From assembly GCA_022601345.1 (NCBI GenBank), contig JAJACU010000037.1, positions 33,183 through 97,182 on the forward strand: a DNA stretch of 64,000 nt, given 5' to 3'. This DNA is from Chlamydiota bacterium. GTDB lineage: Bacteria > Chlamydiota > Chlamydiia > Chlamydiales > JAAZZY01. The translations under genes were made by a program, and so were the position numbers. The notes beneath the pieces were generated by a model that worked only from the letters and a program-made list of their open reading frames with translations, was not told the DNA's origin and searched no databases. This document shows, one piece after another, positions 35,958-45,432 of the stretch (the stretch's first letter is position 1; every line of letters starts with the position of its first letter).

Positions 35958-37031
35958 ATGGATTTCTTAAGAAATTTTCTCCAGAAAAGTTTAGGTGTTA
36001 TTCTTGAAGGCGCCTTTATCTTAATTTTAATTGTAGCCTTAACTGTTGTTGCTAAGCACATAATACAAAACGTGTACAAGCATTCTAAAAAGAGAAAAGG
36101 TTCTCTTTTTATGGAGAATTTTACAGTAAGGTTAATGCGCCCGATCAAGGTTATGATTTGGCTCGTTGGACTTTCTTATTTAGGGTATATTTTCGTTGTT
36201 AGACTACAACTGCAAAATAGTTTTCAATCAAGTTTTGGACAGTTTCGTAATTTAGTTATTATAGTTTGTTCAACCTGGCTTGCTTTTGAGATAAAAAAGC
36301 AGCTGATTCATTCTTGGTTCCAACGTAATAAGTATTCAGGTGTACCGCCAGACAAAGCTAAAATAGGCTTAGTCTCAAAATTAGTGTCTTCTACATTGAT
36401 GATTCTTGCGGTGCTCGTAACGCTGAGTACTCTTGGTGTTCATATTGGAGCTCTCCTAACATTGGGAGGAATTGGTGGTGTCACACTTGGTTTTGCAGCA
36501 AAAGATGTTTTTGCGAACTTTTTCGGTGGATTTATGCTTCATATCACTAGGCCTTTTGATATAGGGGATTGGATTCACAGCCTAGATGCTAAGATGCAGG
36601 GCACTGTTGAGCATATTGGATTTTATTTAACAAGAGTTAGAGGATTTGATAAACGACCTTTTTATGTTCCAAACTCAATGTTTTCTTCACAAATTACAGT
36701 AAATGCAACTCGAATGACCAACAGAAGAATCAGAACAACCGTTGGAATTCGGTATGATGATTTTCATGTCATTGAACCTATTGTTAAAGACATAAGAAGT
36801 ATGCTCAAAGAAAATAAAGATATTGATGATAACCAAGCCCAGCTCGTTAATTTCAAAGAGTTTGGTCCATCTTCTTTAGATATTGAGATCTACACCTTCA
36901 CCAAATCTAGAGTTTGGAAAGAGTGGCTCCAGATACAACAAGATGTTTATATTGGGGTTGGTAAAATAATAGAAAAACACGGAGCAGAGATTGCTTTCCC
37001 AACTTCTACTTTACATATAAACAATAAATAA
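35958..37031 (+). CDS. Mechanosensitive ion channel, MscS family
   Basis: LGGIGGVTLGFAAKDVFANFFGGFMLHITRPFDIGDWI pore/beta-domain signature. ATG 35958 (MDFLRNF) or ATG 35910. Confidence 0.85.
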   Translation: MDFLRNFLQKSLGVILEGAFILILIVALTVVAKHIIQNVYKHSKKRKGSLFMENFTVRLMRPIKVMIWLVGLSYLGYIFVVRLQLQNSFQSSFGQFRNLVIIVCSTWLAFEIKKQLIHSWFQRNKYSGVPPDKAKIGLVSKLVSSTLMILAVLVTLSTLGVHIGALLTLGGIGGVTLGFAAKDVFANFFGGFMLHITRPFDIGDWIHSLDAKMQGTVEHIGFYLTRVRGFDKRPFYVPNSMFSSQITVNATRMTNRRIRTTVGIRYDDFHVIEPIVKDIRSMLKENKDIDDNQAQLVNFKEFGPSSLDIEIYTFTKSRVWKEWLQIQQDVYIGVGKIIEKHGAEIAFPTSTLHINNK

Positions 37032-37115
37032 TCTAAAGGGAACTAAATATATAAATTAATCCTGCCCTTTTAAAACAACAGGATAGTGCGTAAATTTCTA
37101 ATTTTTAGTGATTAA

Positions 37116-37745
37116 ATGATAGCCCCCTTTATAGATCTTCTCTCTCAGAATGCCAGTCACGCTCATTGGGTCTTCTTTTCTCTATTAATGTTAGCGGGTT
37201 TTAACTTACCCATTAGCGAAGATTTAGTTGTTTTATCGAGTGCTGTTGTCGCTGCAACTGTTACACCTCAAAATACTTATAAGCTTTTTGCTTTCGTTTT
37301 TATGGGCTGCTATCTATCAGATTGGCTCTCGTATTGGATCGGAAGAGTTTTTACACCTTGGCTTAGGAAAAGGAAGTTGCTAGGCAAGATGGTAGATAAT
37401 CGTAGAATTGTTAGGATCACTCGCTTTTACTCAAAATATGGGGTTTCGACTCTACTCATTGGAAGATTCATACCTTTTGGAGTTCGAAATTTCTTGTTCA
37501 TGTCAGCAGGCATGGTTCGGATGAACTTTTTTAAATTTATCATTATTGACGGAATCGCGTGTCTACTTTCTAATACCATTTGGTTTACCTTGGCCTACTC
37601 ACTTGCTGAAAACTATCAAATAGTGCTCTCTTATATGAAACGAGCAAATATAATTATTTTTGCGATATTTGCTCTTTTAGTATTTGGTGTTATTGGATAT
37701 AAATTTTATAGAAAAAAGAAAGGCTCTAACCCAACGACTCTTTAA
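37116..37745 (+). CDS. DedA / VTT-domain family membrane protein
   Basis: LLIGRFIPFGVRNFLFMSAG motif. About 5 hydrophobic segments. Confidence 0.8.
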   Translation: MIAPFIDLLSQNASHAHWVFFSLLMLAGFNLPISEDLVVLSSAVVAATVTPQNTYKLFAFVFMGCYLSDWLSYWIGRVFTPWLRKRKLLGKMVDNRRIVRITRFYSKYGVSTLLIGRFIPFGVRNFLFMSAGMVRMNFFKFIIIDGIACLLSNTIWFTLAYSLAENYQIVLSYMKRANIIIFAIFALLVFGVIGYKFYRKKKGSNPTTL

Positions 37746-38251
37746 TGTTTACACTATCAAACACACTCACTTTACTCAGACTTCCAGCTGCGTTTATCTT
37801 TATTGTAGATAGTGTACCTGTTCGTCTAGTAGCTATTATTCTAGCTGTTATTAGTGATGTGTTAGATGGCTATATTGCTAGAAAGCATGGAACCGTTAGT
37901 CAGCTTGGAGCAGTTCTTGATCCAATAATGGACAAATTTTTTGTTTTCTTTTCTTTGGGTATCTTGGTTGCAACAGGCTACATGCCCATTTGGGCAATGG
38001 CATGTATGCTTTCAAGAGATATATGTTTGATAGCTTTTGGTATATATCTCTCAGTAACTAGGGGGTGGGATAAATTGGAGTTTCGCTCTATTGTATGGGG
38101 TAAAGTTACCACTGCTGCACAATTTTTAATTCTTACTTTAGTGGTTATAGGACTGGTTTTACCCTGGTATGTTTACGCCTTATTTATTCCGCTTGGAATT
38201 ATGACAGTTGTCTCTTTGTACAAGGGCTTTAAAGACGCTTCGCAGCACTAA
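37745..38251 (+). CDS. CDP-alcohol phosphatidyltransferase family protein
   Basis: DVLDGYIARKHGTVSQLGAVLDPIMDK matches D-x2-DG-x2-AR-x8-G-x3-D-x3-D. Confidence 0.85.
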   Translation: MFTLSNTLTLLRLPAAFIFIVDSVPVRLVAIILAVISDVLDGYIARKHGTVSQLGAVLDPIMDKFFVFFSLGILVATGYMPIWAMACMLSRDICLIAFGIYLSVTRGWDKLEFRSIVWGKVTTAAQFLILTLVVIGLVLPWYVYALFIPLGIMTVVSLYKGFKDASQH

Positions 38252-40003
38252 TTACATCTTAGTTACGGTCTGCAATCCTAAAATAGAAAAACCAATTTCA
38301 AATGCTCGTTTTACAAGCTCACATAGAAGTAGGCGAGAGTTTTGCTCATCTGCATTAAGCACTTGGCAATCTCTAAAGAAACTATGGAACTTTTCAGCGA
38401 GCTGATATAAATAGTCACAGAGTCTATTGGGCAGTAGTGAATGAGCGACAGATTCTAAGATTTCTCGCAGCTGTATAATTGAGAGGGCTAACTCAGTTTC
38501 AGAAGGCTCTGTTAAAACAATTTGACTGCTTAAAAGAGACTGAAGTTTAAAGTTTGCCTTTGTCTGGATACTCACAATGCGTACATAGGCATAGAGTAAA
38601 AATGCTGCTGTGTTGCCTTCAAACTGAAGCATTTTTTCATAACTAAATGTGTAGTCTTTTGTTCTTAAACTAGAAAGGTCTGCGTACTTAACAGCATTGA
38701 TTCCTAGGACTTTAGCCGTTTGTTCCACGTCTAACGATGGAGTGTCTCTCTCATTTATTATATGAGTTGCTTTAGCAATTGATTTCTTTAACAAATCGAT
38801 AAGCTTTTCTGAATCGCCACTACGAGTTTTGAATTTCTTTCCATCTGAACCTAATACCAAACCAAAAGGGACGTGATCTACATCAGTTTTACATGGGTTG
38901 TAGTAGCCAGCAAGTTGTGCTGCTTTAAAAACCATTTGAAAGTGTAGGCTTTGTCCATTATCTACAACATAGATAATGCGATCAGCTTTTTCTTCATTTA
39001 TGCGTTGAAAAAGTGCTGAGAGATCCGTGCTTGAGTAGTTATATCCGCCATCAGACTTTTGTATAATTATTGGCAGAGGTGAGCCAACTTTAGAGGTGAA
39101 GTCATCTAAAAACACACATTTTGCGCCGTTGGAGATTTTAACTAGATTCTTCTTTTCAAATAAATCAACTATTTGCTCAAGTAAGTCGTGGTAGAAAGAT
39201 TCTCCTCGTTCCGTAATTTTCACGTCAAGCAAGTCATAGATTTCTTGGTAGCCAACCCTTGAAATTTCACATATTTTTTTCCATGCCAAAATAGCTTCAG
39301 GTTCATGAGCTTGTAATTTTATGACTTGAGCTTGTGAGCTTTTCTTGAACTTTTCATCATTATCGAAAAGAACTCTACTTTCTTTATACCAAAGTGCTAA
39401 GTGAGTTAAATCTGTCTTTTCTTCTCCTGTGAGAACTTTAGGATGCTTAGTTTTCAAATAGTGAATCAACATTCCAAAGGGGGTGCCCCAGTTGCCAATG
39501 TGATTTAGTCGTAAAACATCGTGCCCAAGAAATTCAAAAAGGCGCGATAAGCAATCCCCGATAATTGTAGAACGTAGGTGGCCAACGTGCAATTCTTTGG
39601 CCGTATTGGGTGAAGAGAACTCTACAATGACACGTTTTGGATGATTTGTTGCTGAGATTCCTAGTCTTTGATCTTTTAAAAGCTTATTGAGTTCTTTTTC
39701 TAAGAAAGCCTTTGAAATTGTAATATTAATAAACCCAGGTCCAGCTACTTCACAAGATTCTATAAGGCTTGAAGGTTTTAAAAGCAGCTTATTGGCTACA
39801 CTTCGCGGGTTATCCTTAACAAGCTTGCTGAGTTTTAAAGCGCTGTTGCATTGGTAGTGTCCGTGCCCAGCTTGTTTTGAAACTGTAACTTCAAGTACCT
39901 GGGCAATTTGATCTTGAGAGAGGTCTGGAAAAGACTCTTCAATCAACAATTTAAAAATTTTAGAAAGTTGAGTTGTTAGTAGTGATGTATTAGACCAATG
40001 CAT
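38252..40003 (-). CDS. argS: Arginine--tRNA ligase
   Basis: SSPNTAKELHVGHLRSTIIGD (HIGH region). Conserved anticodon-binding C-terminus. Confidence 0.95.
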   Translation of the reverse strand: MHWSNTSLLTTQLSKIFKLLIEESFPDLSQDQIAQVLEVTVSKQAGHGHYQCNSALKLSKLVKDNPRSVANKLLLKPSSLIESCEVAGPGFINITISKAFLEKELNKLLKDQRLGISATNHPKRVIVEFSSPNTAKELHVGHLRSTIIGDCLSRLFEFLGHDVLRLNHIGNWGTPFGMLIHYLKTKHPKVLTGEEKTDLTHLALWYKESRVLFDNDEKFKKSSQAQVIKLQAHEPEAILAWKKICEISRVGYQEIYDLLDVKITERGESFYHDLLEQIVDLFEKKNLVKISNGAKCVFLDDFTSKVGSPLPIIIQKSDGGYNYSSTDLSALFQRINEEKADRIIYVVDNGQSLHFQMVFKAAQLAGYYNPCKTDVDHVPFGLVLGSDGKKFKTRSGDSEKLIDLLKKSIAKATHIINERDTPSLDVEQTAKVLGINAVKYADLSSLRTKDYTFSYEKMLQFEGNTAAFLLYAYVRIVSIQTKANFKLQSLLSSQIVLTEPSETELALSIIQLREILESVAHSLLPNRLCDYLYQLAEKFHSFFRDCQVLNADEQNSRLLLCELVKRAFEIGFSILGLQTVTKM

Positions 40004-41057
40004 TTAGTTTTTCTTTCTCATGTAGGATAAGGGATTGGGCGAGTTGATCAGCAACAAGTGAAGGGCAGGTTTCTTGCCTTTCTGCAAGCTGATAGACTTC
40101 AAGTAAACGATCAAAAATTTTCTCTGTATGAAACAAAACTTTTTGGGGGTGAGTGTCTTCAGGGTTAATTCCTGAGGCAACACTAATTACGCCTCCACAA
40201 TTTATAATACAATCGGGTGCATAGAGAATATTTTTTTCGACTAATTTCAACCCATCTTTTTCAGAGGCTAGCTGATTATTGGCCGCTCCAGCAACAGCTT
40301 TGCAGCGAAGTCTGCTAATATTTTCAGAGTTTAAGATTCCTCCTTGTGCACATGGAGCGAAAATATCACATTCAAAGTCATAAACATCTTCAGGTTCAAC
40401 AATGTGGGCTCCAAACTCATGCGAGGCTTTCTTTAGAACTTCAGCATTTAAATCAGAAATATAAAGGTTGGCTCCAGCCCAAAATAGATGCTCAAGCAGC
40501 AGAATGCCAACTCCTCCGATACCTTGAAGAAGAATGCTTTTACCTTTTAATGATGTAGTGCCCCAAAGGTGTTGTGCTGTAGCCTGTATACCAATAAATG
40601 TGCCTCTAGCAGTAAATGGAGCAGGGGAGCCTGTGCCTTCTCCGGGAAGTCCAAGTACATGAGGCGTTCTCTCAAAAAGAGTTGAAAGGTTATCAAGCGT
40701 GCAGTTCATGTCTTCTGCTCCAATATAACGTCCGCCTAAGTAATTTAAGGCTTCAGCGTAAGCGTGAAGTAGCTCTTTTGACTTTGGCTTACTTGGGTCA
40801 CAAATAACAGTGCTCTTTCCACCTCCAACCTTTAGATTTGCTAAGGCTGATTTATAAGACATTCCTTTAGCTAATCGCAGGGCGTCTTTAAGAGCCTCTT
40901 CTTCCGAAGAGTAAGGTAGAAAACGTATGCCGCCAAGAGAGGGGCCAAAAGTTGTGTCGTGTATGGCTACAAATGCATGAAGTCCACAGGTAGAGTCTTT
41001 GATTTCAATAACTTCTTCAAAATCATCAATATTCAACTTCTTAATGTGTAAACTCAT
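39990..41057 (-). CDS. Leucine (Glu/Leu/Phe/Val) dehydrogenase family protein
   Basis: GLHAFVAIHDTTFGPSLGGIRF and KVGGGKS catalytic-lysine region. GIGGVG NAD fold. Confidence 0.85.
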   Translation of the reverse strand: MSLHIKKLNIDDFEEVIEIKDSTCGLHAFVAIHDTTFGPSLGGIRFLPYSSEEEALKDALRLAKGMSYKSALANLKVGGGKSTVICDPSKPKSKELLHAYAEALNYLGGRYIGAEDMNCTLDNLSTLFERTPHVLGLPGEGTGSPAPFTARGTFIGIQATAQHLWGTTSLKGKSILLQGIGGVGILLLEHLFWAGANLYISDLNAEVLKKASHEFGAHIVEPEDVYDFECDIFAPCAQGGILNSENISRLRCKAVAGAANNQLASEKDGLKLVEKNILYAPDCIINCGGVISVASGINPEDTHPQKVLFHTEKIFDRLLEVYQLAERQETCPSLVADQLAQSLILHEKEKLNALV

Positions 41058-41262
41058 ACATTTGCCTCAATTTTTTTTTTGAACAGTCAAAAGAGAAGAG
41101 ATGTTTTTAACAACTATCTCAACCGAAAACATTAAAATAAAATCACTTCAATAATAATATTTTTATACTTTTTAGTAAAGGTGCAATTGATTGAGCTTGA
41201 AGTAAAATCTACTTGTGAGTTATCTTAAATCATATTTTTTTAATTTTTAATCGATCAGGACA

Positions 41263-41997
41263 ATGACTGAGGTGCTCATGCCGAAAAAATCTACTTTGGA
41301 TGCTCTAAAACAGGATTTCTTATCTTATTTGAAGCCAAAGCGTAAACCAGACCTTATTACTAGTTACCTCCACTATATAGCCAAGAGAGATGTGGTTTCT
41401 CCTGTTGTTTGTCCACGGTATAAACTTATTTTTAAAAGCTTAGACGATGCTCTACAGGTTCTTGAAAGTAAAGATCTTATATGGAGAGAAACACGTATTA
41501 TTATTGGGCAAGAAAGTGCTGCAGTAAACGATCAGACTAAAAAAATCTATATTTGCCCATTTTCAGGGAAAGTTTTTGCTAACAACACACACCCCAATCC
41601 TCAAGATGCAATCTATGACTGGGTTTCTAAGTGCCCCCAAAACACCGAAAGGAAAGACGGACTTGTTGTAAAAAGATTTTTTGTTTCAGAAGATTCTGAA
41701 ATTATCAAAACATATATTGAAAAAGTAGATAAACCTGTAGAAAAAGTAGTCTTCTCATCAGCTCTAACAGGAGCCTTATATTTGAATAAAGAAACTATTT
41801 TAGAAGAGTTTAAAAAAGACTATGTTAAATCATTTGCTCTAGATGAAATTCAAAATCAAAATAGATTTGAGATTGAAGGCAGTCTTCTTCAGTATATACA
41901 AGAACAGCTTGCGGAAGAGAAAGTTTCAGAGTTTATCGAAGGCCTTGCAGAGCACGAAGAGTTTATGCCATACATTGAGAAATGGCTTGAAAGTTAG
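41263..41997 (+). CDS. Conserved hypothetical protein (Cys-containing, acidic C-terminus)
   Basis: 244-aa ORF heading the tsaE-engB string. Alternative ATG at 41278. No family recognised with confidence. Confidence 0.55.
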   Translation: MTEVLMPKKSTLDALKQDFLSYLKPKRKPDLITSYLHYIAKRDVVSPVVCPRYKLIFKSLDDALQVLESKDLIWRETRIIIGQESAAVNDQTKKIYICPFSGKVFANNTHPNPQDAIYDWVSKCPQNTERKDGLVVKRFFVSEDSEIIKTYIEKVDKPVEKVVFSSALTGALYLNKETILEEFKKDYVKSFALDEIQNQNRFEIEGSLLQYIQEQLAEEKVSEFIEGLAEHEEFMPYIEKWLES

Positions 41998-42438
41998 ATG
42001 AAAATAGAGTTTATCACAAACTCCGCCCAAGAAACTTTTGAATTGGGCGCATCATTAGGAAAAAGATTACACGCAAATAGCATTATTGCTTTTTACGGTG
42101 AACTTGCAGCTGGGAAAACAACCTTAATAAAAGGCGTCGCTCATGCAATTGGTGGGATTGATCCAAATGAGATCAACAGCCCAACATTTACATATCTTAA
42201 TATTTACGATGGTTTAAAATCATTTTATCATTTTGACCTTTACAGAATGAAAGGTGCTGAGCAGTTTTTACAAATGGGGTTTGATGAATATTTTGACGCA
42301 GAAGGAATCTGTTGTGTGGAATGGTCAGAGCGTATTCGTTCAATCTTGCCTAAAAAGCGTATTGACATTTTTCTAGAGCATCAAAATCAATCAAGAAAAA
42401 TTATCATAGAATCCGAATATGAAGAAATTAGTTTTTAA
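41998..42438 (+). CDS. tsaE: tRNA t6A37 biosynthesis ATPase TsaE
   Basis: FYGELAAGKTTLIKG P-loop. SPTFTYLNIY. ~146 aa. Confidence 0.9.
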   Translation: MKIEFITNSAQETFELGASLGKRLHANSIIAFYGELAAGKTTLIKGVAHAIGGIDPNEINSPTFTYLNIYDGLKSFYHFDLYRMKGAEQFLQMGFDEYFDAEGICCVEWSERIRSILPKKRIDIFLEHQNQSRKIIIESEYEEISF

Positions 42439-43036
42439 GACCATAAGCTTTGTTAAAAGCTGCTCTAATTGGAATAAAAGCCCCAGTTTAAAAGACGATC
42501 AAGGAGAATCTCTTTTTGAAATTGCTGTTGCTGGACGTTCTAATGTGGGGAAATCAAGCCTTTTGAATGACCTTTTTAGGTCTAAAAACTTAGTTAAAAC
42601 ATCTTCTAAGCCAGGTAAAACTCGGTTATTGAATTTCTTTGATGTAGATAAAACGGCTGTTTTTTGTGATTTACCAGGTTACGGTTTTGCCAAAGTTTCT
42701 GAAAAAATGCGCAATAGCTGGCGACTGATGATTGAACCTTATCTTGAAAAAAGAGAGGAGTTAAAACTTGTCTTACTTCTTTTAGACATTCGCAGAAACC
42801 CAAGTGAGCAAGATTTACAATTTTTTGAATGGGTGCAATACCAAAAAAAACCTATCCTTATCGTTTTTACAAAAGTAGACAAAGTGAAAAAGAATGAAAA
42901 GATCAAGCAAATGAAAAAGAATATTGAGAAATTAAATAGCTCTGAAATTCCATTTGTCTACTACTCAACAACAAAAAATGTAGGGCGTAAAGAACTCATT
43001 TTTGAAATCAATAGGATGATTGAATTATGGGGCTGA
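42419..43036 (+). CDS. engB: Ribosome-biogenesis GTPase EngB (YsxC/YihA)
   Basis: GRSNVGKSSLLN (G1), DLPGYGFA (G3), TKVDK (G4). Confidence 0.9.
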   Translation: MKKLVFKTISFVKSCSNWNKSPSLKDDQGESLFEIAVAGRSNVGKSSLLNDLFRSKNLVKTSSKPGKTRLLNFFDVDKTAVFCDLPGYGFAKVSEKMRNSWRLMIEPYLEKREELKLVLLLLDIRRNPSEQDLQFFEWVQYQKKPILIVFTKVDKVKKNEKIKQMKKNIEKLNSSEIPFVYYSTTKNVGRKELIFEINRMIELWG

Positions 43037-43776
43037 TGAAAAACGAAACATTTGTTTGCGTTGACTGTGAAGCTACAGGACTAGATCTTGAAAAAGATCA
43101 GATTATAGAGGTCGCAGCTGTAGTTTTTACTTTAGATAAAGAAATTGAAATCTATGATTCTCTTGTTGATCCCAAAATGAAGATTCCAGAGGAGTCGATT
43201 AAGATTCACAACATCGTACAAGAGATGGTTGAAGGCCAGCCATTAGTTCAAGAAGTTCTTCCGAAAATTTTAAAAATGATTGGCAGGCATATTATTGTAG
43301 GACATGGAATTGGATTTGACATTCACCTGATTAACAGAGATGCGAAAAAAAATGGACTTCCAAGTACAATCAGAAACAATCCATTTTTTGACACTTTGCG
43401 CTTAGCTAGGTTATATGGAGATAGCCCTCAAAATTCTCTTCAAAATTTAAGAGAGCATTTTAATATCAATAATGAAGGAGCTCATCGCGCTTTAAATGAT
43501 GTAATTGTTAATATAGAAGTTTTTAGAAGACTCGTTGAAAAATACAAGACCGTTGAACAACTTCAAAAAATTCTTGAACGTCCAATAATGTTAAAGAAAA
43601 TGCCTCTGGGTAAGCACAAAGGGCGACCATTGAAAGAAGTTCCACTAGAATACCTACAATGGGCTGCAGGTAAAAATTTTGACCAGGACTTATCTTATTC
43701 AATAAAATCAGAAATCAAAAGAAGACGCCAGACTAAAGATTTTTCAACAACTTCAAATCCATTTCATAACTTATAA
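43027..43776 (+). CDS. DnaQ-like 3'-5' exonuclease with a DUF3820-like C-terminal tail
   Basis: ExoI VDCEATGL, Exo[14 protein letters not shown], ExoIII HRALNDV. Tail [23 protein letters not shown]. Alternative ATG at 43036 (TGATG junction with engB). Confidence 0.8.
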   Translation: MGLMKNETFVCVDCEATGLDLEKDQIIEVAAVVFTLDKEIEIYDSLVDPKMKIPEESIKIHNIVQEMVEGQPLVQEVLPKILKMIGRHIIVGHGIGFDIHLINRDAKKNGLPSTIRNNPFFDTLRLARLYGDSPQNSLQNLREHFNINNEGAHRALNDVIVNIEVFRRLVEKYKTVEQLQKILERPIMLKKMPLGKHKGRPLKEVPLEYLQWAAGKNFDQDLSYSIKSEIKRRRQTKDFSTTSNPFHNL

Positions 43777-43858
43777 AGTTGTTTTTTATCCCTTTTTTAT
43801 AACGACAAAAATTGCCCTTTTAAGTAAAAATAGCGCATTCAAAATAGAGGTTTATAGA

Positions 43859-44740
43859 ATGGATAAAGGTTCGATGAAAGTTAAAGTAGGGCTCGCAGAA
43901 ATGCTAAAAGGTGGTGTAATCATGGATGTGGTGACACCAGAGCAAGCGCAAATAGCCGAAGCTGCAGGGGCGGTAGCTGTTATGGCTCTTGAGCGCATAC
44001 CAGCCGATATTAGAAAAGATGGTAAAATTGCTCGTATGTCTTCGGTGGATTTAGTTCAATCTATACAAAAGTCAGTCTCTGTTCCTGTTATGGCAAAATG
44101 CCGTATTGGGCACTTTGTTGAAGCTCAAATGCTCCAAGAAATGGAAGTTGATTTCATCGATGAGAGTGAAGTACTAACACCTGCTGATCATCATTTTCAT
44201 ATCAATAAGCATCCATTTAAAGTTCCTTTTGTTTGTGGTTGCAGAAATTTAGGTGAAGCATTACGTCGAATAGGAGAAGGGGCTGCCATGATTCGCACTA
44301 AAGGAGAACCTGGAACAGGGGATATTGTTGAAGCGGTTCAGCACATGAGAGATGTTCAAAGAGGTATTAGTCGTTTAATGGGCTTAAGCACAGAAGAGCT
44401 AATGACAGAAGCTAAAAACTTGGGAGCTCCATACGAATTAGTTTTACAAATTTCTCAAACAGGAAAACTTCCGGTTCCTAACTTTTCTGCAGGAGGAATT
44501 GCAACCCCAGCTGATGCAGCACTAATGATGCAACTTGGAGCTGAAACTGTTTTTGTAGGTTCTGGAATTTTTAAATCATCTGATCCAGAAAAACGTGCAA
44601 AAGCTATTGTCCAGGCTGTAACATACTTTCAAGAGCCAGAAAAACTTGTTGAAGCTTCTAAAGGACTGTCGTCAGGAATGGGTGGAATTTCTTCAGCATT
44701 ACTCGAAGCGAATGAACGTTTAGCGACAAGAGGCTGGTAA
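43859..44740 (+). CDS. pdxS: Pyridoxal 5'-phosphate synthase lyase subunit PdxS
   Basis: [35 protein letters not shown] signature. Confidence 0.97.
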   Translation: MDKGSMKVKVGLAEMLKGGVIMDVVTPEQAQIAEAAGAVAVMALERIPADIRKDGKIARMSSVDLVQSIQKSVSVPVMAKCRIGHFVEAQMLQEMEVDFIDESEVLTPADHHFHINKHPFKVPFVCGCRNLGEALRRIGEGAAMIRTKGEPGTGDIVEAVQHMRDVQRGISRLMGLSTEELMTEAKNLGAPYELVLQISQTGKLPVPNFSAGGIATPADAALMMQLGAETVFVGSGIFKSSDPEKRAKAIVQAVTYFQEPEKLVEASKGLSSGMGGISSALLEANERLATRGW

Positions 44741-45319
44741 TTGATTGGTGTTCTTGCCCTGCAGGGGGCTTTTCAAAAGCATTATGATTGTCTCAAAAAA
44801 ATTGATGTTCAATGTTGTTTTGTCAAACATTTGGAAGATCTCGAAAAATGCTCTGGTTTGATTCTCCCAGGAGGGGAAACCACAGCACATTTGAAACTTT
44901 TAAAAAATGACTTCTGGAAAGCTCTCGTAGAATTTGGCCACGTTAAACCTATTTTTGGTACATGTTGTGGCTTGATTTTGCTTTCCTCTAAAATTGTAGG
45001 TTCACCTGTTCCTACCTTGGAGTTGATGGATTTAACAACTGAACGAAATGCCTATGGGACGCAGCTAGATTCTTTTGAAGATGAAATAAATGCAGAGCTT
45101 GATGGACAAACTGTTTTAGTAAAGGGTTGTTTTATTCGAGCTCCTAAAATTTTAGAGATTGGACCTGGCGTCAAGGTTCTTGCAACTCACTTCCAAAATC
45201 CAGTAATAGTAGAACAAGGATTACATTTAGCATGTACCTTTCATCCTGAAATTTCAATGGACACTTCATTACATGCTTATTTTGCAGATCGTTGCAGAGA
45301 AGCTTTTCAAGTGACTTAA
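44741..45319 (+). CDS. pdxT: Pyridoxal 5'-phosphate synthase glutaminase subunit PdxT
   Basis: IGVLALQGAFQKH, GTCCGLILL (catalytic Cys), FHPE. TTG start directly after pdxS. Confidence 0.93.
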   Translation: MIGVLALQGAFQKHYDCLKKIDVQCCFVKHLEDLEKCSGLILPGGETTAHLKLLKNDFWKALVEFGHVKPIFGTCCGLILLSSKIVGSPVPTLELMDLTTERNAYGTQLDSFEDEINAELDGQTVLVKGCFIRAPKILEIGPGVKVLATHFQNPVIVEQGLHLACTFHPEISMDTSLHAYFADRCREAFQVT

Positions 45320-45432
45320 TTGATTATTCAAAATAAAACTCTTGATTTTTTGCATCATTGAGCTTTAAATTAGTCTCAAAAATTAATTTAAAGTATGGGC
45401 AAAGCTTTTAATGAAAGCGAGGAGCTGTTGAG

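Noticed and set aside
35903-36148. 81-aa minus-strand ORF opposite the mscS 5' end
   Set aside because: It overlaps the start of a well-supported gene and has no family resemblance. Probably spurious.
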